DNA of 11,153 bases from Candidatus Hydrogenedentota bacterium (GTDB lineage: Bacteria; Hydrogenedentota; Hydrogenedentia; Hydrogenedentales; GCA-2746185): NCBI GenBank assembly GCA_046583315.1, contig JAYGCN010000086.1, positions 1 to 11,153 of the forward strand. Direction: 5' to 3'. The notes beneath the pieces were generated by a model. The model was not told where the DNA came from and made no database searches. It was given only the letters and a program-made list of their open reading frames with translations. How positions within the stretch are numbered: the first letter of the stretch is position 1; each line of letters begins with the position of its first letter. A program made the translations under genes and the position numbers. This document shows, one piece after another, positions 6,915 to 11,153 of the stretch.

Positions 6915-8704
6915 ATGGATGCCGCTTCCAGAACCTTCGCTACTGTATTCGTCGTTCTCTTTCTCTCGCATCCAAGTCATGCGCTTGAAATGAAATGCTC
7001 AGACCCTGCTTTCGTGAACTCTACGCGACAAGCGACTCAGGAGGCGACCACAAACCGCGGGTAGCCACAGATGGCGACGGGGTCTGGATTGCCGTCTGGC
7101 GTTCTGAAGCGGGCCTGTCTGGGACCGGGACCGATGGAGACATTTTTTGTGCTCGCTTAGTAGACAACGGATTGAGCTGGAGTTCTCCCGTTCTGGTCAA
7201 CACAAATGGGGTGTCGGACTCTGGCTTTGATTCAAGTCCCGTTATCGCAAACGACAGAAATGGAAACTGGATTGTAGCTTGGTTTGCTGGCGGTGCTGAG
7301 ACCGACAACGATATATTGGCATCGCATTCCGGTAACAATGGTGCTTCATGGAGTGCTCCGACACTGGTCAATTCAACCGGACTCAGCGACACTCAGCATG
7401 ACGACTACCCCACTATTGCAACCGATGGATACGGCACGTGGATCGTAGCTTGGGTATCACGTGAAAATATCGCGAACACCGGATTTGATCGAGACTTCGT
7501 GTTCTCTATTTCCGATGATAACGGAAATAACTGGACGGAGCCAGATGCCCTGCACCCATTTTTTGCTTCCGATTCCTCCGGAGACACCGGACCTGAAATG
7601 GCAGCCGATAGCAGCGGAAACTGGATGATCGTTTGGGCGTCAGCGGAAGATATCTACGAGACAGGCGCAAACGACGCGGACATATTTTTCAGCCGATCAA
7701 GTGACGCGGGCGTACCGTGGACAGAACCTGCGCACGTCAATTCTAACGCGGAAACCGATTCCGCTTTCGCGCTGGATTTTGAGCCACATTTGGTCACGGA
7801 CGGTAACGGAAACTGGGTAGTAACCTGGGGATCGATTGAGGATCTTTCGGGCGTCGGTGATGACCCGGACATCTTTGTAAGCCATTCTCCCGACCATGGT
7901 GATAACTGGTCTACCGTGACATACCTGAACACGAATGCGACTACTGATGGTGTCGATGATATAGACATTAGTCCAACGATTGCTACTGATTCGTTAGGGA
8001 ATTGGATTGCTGTTTGGGAGTCGTCGAATAATTTATCGGGTGCAGGAACAGACACCGACGTTTTCGTCTCGCATTCTACCAATAATGATGAAACGTGGAC
8101 CGATCCTGCTTTTTTGAACACGAACGCGGCTGCGGATTCAGGCCATGATGTTTGGCCATTTATGGCTACTGACGGCGCGGGGAATTGGGTCCCGGCATGG
8201 GAATCTGAAGACGGACTATCCGGTTCTGGGGGTGACGCTGATATTTTCTGCACGACGATGGATTGGACTGCGGAAAGAATCGCCGAAGATGCACGCTTCC
8301 AATTCGCTGTATACGATATAACCGATGACGGTAACTTAAACTATCTTGAGTGGATCGCGGCTGGGCTGATTTCCGCGTATTTCATAACCATGAGTGGCGG
8401 AGACAGTCAAGTTTCGATGGACAACGCGCTCAATGGTTCAGGGTTGACCCCACACAGCCTGAATCAGGTCTATGTGGACTTCGATGTCACCAATCCGGGC
8501 AACGGAACCTCAAGTAGCCCACTCCGCACGCTAAACGAAGGACTAGGCATGGTCACCCGGAACAATAACGGTCTGATCTGGGTCATGCCAGGAACCAGTA
8601 CGGAAACCTTCGCCTCAGGCTCCATGATCAACCCATCCGCAAAAATCACCTTCACAAAAGACTTTGACGGAACGAATAACAAAGTCAAAATCGGTCAGGA
8701 ATAG
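6915..8704 (+). pseudogene. Secreted Asp-box (BNR) beta-propeller protein (sialidase-like fold) with EF-hand-like loop and C-terminal module; frameshifted at ~7020-7022 (true lesion or sequence error)
   Basis: ATG at 6915 encodes MDAASRTFATVFVVLFLSHPSHA|LEMKCSDPAFVNS (signal peptide plus repeat start) and stops at 7062-7064. The repeat continues as YATSDSGGD in another frame from 7022 to TAG at 8704. Seven ~60-aa repeats with S.D.G..W-like boxes. Confidence 0.75.
6999..8266 (+). repeat. Seven degenerate ~60-codon tandem protein repeats (propeller blades)
   Basis: Consensus [ST]xPxxLNxNxxxDSxxDxxPxxATDgxGNWixxWxSxxxlsgxgxDxDIFxsxSxDxGxxW recurs seven times; the last copy lacks the Asp-box. 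Confidence 0.88.
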
Positions 8705-8711
8705 TTCTTAT

Positions 8712-9261
8712 CTAAGCGCCTACGGCCACACGCACGTACAGCCACTCCCTCCCGCGTTCCGGGTGTTCATATTCCGAGTGCTTGGTGAATCCGAGGCTTT
8801 GTGCGGTGGCGATGGAGGCTTCGTTTTTTTGGGGCGATACTGAGTATGAAGTTGGGGGTGTCGGCGACGTCGGTGGCCCAGGACATGAGTCCTTCGCAGG
8901 CTTCTTTGGTGTACCTGTTTCTGCGGAATCCTTCGATGACGCTGTAGCCGAATTCAATTGCACCGAACTCTTCAATTATATTCGCCTGCATTTCGGGTGT
9001 GCCGTGAAATCCGATGTTGCCGACCACCTGCCGGGTATCTTTCAACACCATCGCGCGCAACAGCCATGGAGAATGATCTGGATTCTCCTCGAGTTGTCCG
9101 TGCCTAAGTTCCCAGACGAATCGAGGAAGCGACAATTCGGTCAGACCGGAAACGTTCAGCTCCTCGTTCGCCTGTTCGATATCGCCAGCCAGAAACGCAC
9201 GATGCACCTCAAGGTTCAAGGGGATGAGCAGCAGTCGCTCCGTTTCGATTAACCCCTCCAA
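8712..9261 (-). pseudogene. GNAT N-acetyltransferase (RimJ/RimL-like), frameshifted at an A7 run (true lesion, slippage site or sequence error)
   Basis: IETERLLLIPL, VVGNIGFHG.P, IEFGYSV...FRRNRYTKEA and ILSIAP are in the 9261 frame. The canonical GNAT ending NEASIATAQSLGF... lies in the +1 frame and stops at 8712. The junction is the T7 run at 8824-8830 (+ strand). Confidence 0.82.
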
Positions 9262-9996
9262 TCAGACCCCTTCCACGACGGACCCCTTGGGGACCTCCGT
9301 CCTCAGAATCTCGAAGCGTATCCCGGGCATGGGTGAGCCGCAATTGCTGAAGCGTTGGCCTCCGTGCGCGACTTGTTCGACGTGGACGTGCGTGTGCCCG
9401 AAGATCACATGTTCGATATCGGACTCAACGCCGTGGCCGATATCCTCCAGATGAAACTGTACCCGTTTCAGAATCCGCGCGTTCGGAAACCAAAATCGAT
9501 TGATCAGCTTGTGAATTCCGATACCGAAGGCAAAATCATGAATTCGGTTCAGACGCTCACCCCTTTGTTCATCCTGCATCCATTCACGACGATACGCTTC
9601 CAGATCGCTCGCCGTCATCATGCGATCCGCGACATCCCCGTGCAGAAAAAGATGGTCATCCAGTCGAAGATGATACTGATACCACTCAATATTTGGTACC
9701 GACGGCACAAAGGCATCCATCGCATCCATGAACGGCGTGACCGTGTCGTGATTGCCCAGCAGCAGGTAAAACTGGCACGCAGGCCATTTCTCCGTAACCC
9801 GTTCCAGCCAAGCGACCGATTCGCGCACCGTTTCCTCGATATCGCGAAAGGTGCTCCAGCGAAAATCAAAGGTGTCCCCGTTGAAAATGAAGATGTCCGA
9901 CTCAGCAATCGCAGTTTCGATCTCAGGCATGTAGTCCTCCGCACGGGACCGACGGCAAAAAAGATGCAAGTCTGAAACACACGCCACTTTCTTCAC
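9262..9996 (-). CDS. Calcineurin-like metallophosphoesterase, LpxH-like (UDP-2,3-diacylglucosamine hydrolase-related)
   Basis: All five motifs are present: SDLHL, NGDTFD, LGNHD, LHGD, FGHTH. GTG start with GAGG upstream; the stop directly abuts the GNAT TTG start. Confidence 0.88.
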   Translation of the reverse strand: MKKVACVSDLHLFCRRSRAEDYMPEIETAIAESDIFIFNGDTFDFRWSTFRDIEETVRESVAWLERVTEKWPACQFYLLLGNHDTVTPFMDAMDAFVPSVPNIEWYQYHLRLDDHLFLHGDVADRMMTASDLEAYRREWMQDEQRGERLNRIHDFAFGIGIHKLINRFWFPNARILKRVQFHLEDIGHGVESDIEHVIFGHTHVHVEQVAHGGQRFSNCGSPMPGIRFEILRTEVPKGSVVEGV

Positions 9997-10067
9997 AACT
10001 GAACCTCCCCAACTCGACTTGCAACAAGTCTACCTGACTTAGAGTCGGGAACGGGAACCTTCAACTT

Positions 10068-10076
10068 TGATACACT
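10068..10076 (+). promoter_or_regulatory. Extended -10 element (TGnTACACT), likely leaderless promoter of the FAH gene
   Basis: TGATACACT lies 6 nt before ATG 10083, with no SD-like sequence before the ATG. Confidence 0.5.
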
Positions 10077-10082
10077 CGTGCG

Positions 10083-10955
10083 ATGCGACTCGGACGAATC
10101 TCCATAGCAGACCAAATGCATACCGTCGTGCAGCACGAGGACTGTTGGTATGACCTGAACAAACTCGTTCCTGAAAACGGTCAGCATACCGATCTGGAAG
10201 CCATCGCTCTAGGCGAAAGCACGCTCACCCACGCGCAGATCATCGTTGCATTAAACGCGCTGGATGAATCAGAGCGTAAAGCGATAATCCTGCCCGAGCC
10301 AGAACGATTCGCCATAACCCACACCCCGCGCCAGGTCATCTGCGTAGGACGTAATTACGCCGCCCATGCCAGAGAGCTCGGCAACGAAATACCCACCAGC
10401 CCGCTCCTGTTCAACAAGCTCCCCTCCACCTGCATAGCCGACGGCGGTACAATTGAGTTCCCCCAATCGTTGGGACGCGTCGATTACGAAGGTGAAATAG
10501 GAGTCGTCATCGGCAAAGACGCGTGGCAGGTGAGCAAAGAAGAGACCTACGACGCAATCCTCGGCTATACCCTGGTCAACGACGTCACCGCACGCGGTCA
10601 GCAATCCCAAGCCAAATCCAACGGCCAGCCCTGGCTCATGGCCAAGAATCATCGTAGCTTTTGCCCGATAGGTCCAACAATCACCCTCAAAGAATCATTG
10701 CCTTGGCCGCTCAACCTCGATATCGAGCTAAAAGTCGACGCACAGACCCGCCAAAGTGGCAATACATGCCAATTCCTCTTCGATATCCCGACCTTGATCA
10801 GCTTCATTTCGAATCGAATACCCCTATGGGCAGGCGATATTATTGCAACCGGCACCCCCGAAGGAGTGGCCGCGTTGAAGGATGGGCAAACAGTCGAAAT
10901 CAGCTCGCCCGGACTCGGCACGCTACACTCAAGCGTTCGCGTAACCCGTCAATAA
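10083..10955 (+). CDS. Fumarylacetoacetate hydrolase family protein (FAHD/YcgM-like)
   Basis: ICVGRNYAAHARE, PLLFNK, VDYEGEIGVVIGK, GYTLVNDVTAR, W..AK....FCPIGP, RQ.GNT..F.F.IP.LI, GDIIATGTPEGV. Confidence 0.95.
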   Translation: MRLGRISIADQMHTVVQHEDCWYDLNKLVPENGQHTDLEAIALGESTLTHAQIIVALNALDESERKAIILPEPERFAITHTPRQVICVGRNYAAHARELGNEIPTSPLLFNKLPSTCIADGGTIEFPQSLGRVDYEGEIGVVIGKDAWQVSKEETYDAILGYTLVNDVTARGQQSQAKSNGQPWLMAKNHRSFCPIGPTITLKESLPWPLNLDIELKVDAQTRQSGNTCQFLFDIPTLISFISNRIPLWAGDIIATGTPEGVAALKDGQTVEISSPGLGTLHSSVRVTRQ

Positions 10956-11073
10956 ATAAAAAGTACACTATCGGGAACTTTATTGCCTCACAGAGTATTG
11001 TACTATCGGTCGAAGGTTCTGGGGAAACCGGGCGTTTGGATCATGAGTTTAATGAGAAATTTCCGTACTAAAT

Positions 11074-11102
11074 TTGACAGTGCCCTGCAGAAGGCGTAGA
11101 AT
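11074..11102 (+). promoter_or_regulatory. Near-consensus sigma70 promoter for a gene beyond the window
   Basis: TTGACA (11074-11079), 17 nt, TAGAAT (11097-11102), preceded by an AT-rich UP-like tract. Confidence 0.82.
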
Positions 11103-11109
11103 GTAGGGG

Positions 11110-11153
11110 ACATACTATATAGTGTATTCATGATAGTAATCACACTATATACT
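11110..11153 (+). promoter_or_regulatory. Tandem NrdR-box-like operators (second box cut by the window end)
   Basis: ACATACTATATAGTGT (11110-11125) matches 14/16 of acaCwAtATaTwGtgt. ACACTATATACT (11142-11153) matches 11 of the 12 visible positions. The starts are 32 bp apart. Confidence 0.72.

Noticed and set aside
6995..8704. Calling the propeller protein a sialidase, or its repeats a DGR/CRISPR-type DNA repeat
   Set aside because: No RIP motif or Arg triad is evident; the repeats are degenerate at DNA level and there is no reverse transcriptase or cas gene.
8712..8975. 87-aa minus-strand ORF as an independent gene
   Set aside because: Only its last ~38 codons are meaningful, as the frameshifted GNAT C-terminus.
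9993..10187. 64-aa minus-strand ORF upstream of the phosphoesterase
   Set aside because: It overlaps the FAH start and the promoter spacer, and has no recognisable features.
10967..11009. ACTATCGG direct repeat (10967, 11002) and GGAACTT at 10974
   Set aside because: Only two 8-bp copies, so not a CRISPR array; GGAACTT has no matching -10 at 16-17 nt.
10956..11073. Intrinsic terminator or ncRNA after the FAH gene
   Set aside because: No GC-rich hairpin with a U-tract and no recognisable RNA motif.

Overview
Densely packed bacterial chromosomal window with 11 protein-coding genes; no rRNA, tRNA, CRISPR array or mobile element was recognised. Left to right: a PolX-PHP DNA polymerase cut by the window edge (-; missed by the ORF track); rsmI (+); a coupled minus-strand operon (secreted DUF4139-like protein > stand-alone NAD(P)HX epimerase > YggT > pcm > orphan ABC ATPase); a divergent secreted DUF4159-like protein; a 7-repeat Asp-box beta-propeller protein with an EF-hand-like loop; a GNAT acetyltransferase and an LpxH-like metallophosphoesterase (-); and an FAH-family hydrolase (+). 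Most genes belong to known families, and the notable signals are regulatory or structural. These are a consensus sigmaE/ECF-type promoter (GAACTT-N16-TCAAA) heading the five-gene operon, single-base frameshifts in two adjacent genes, a probable ATT start, a probable leaderless mRNA, and a near-consensus sigma70 promoter followed by tandem NrdR-like boxes at the right edge. All family assignments come from motif recognition by eye; no database search was run.
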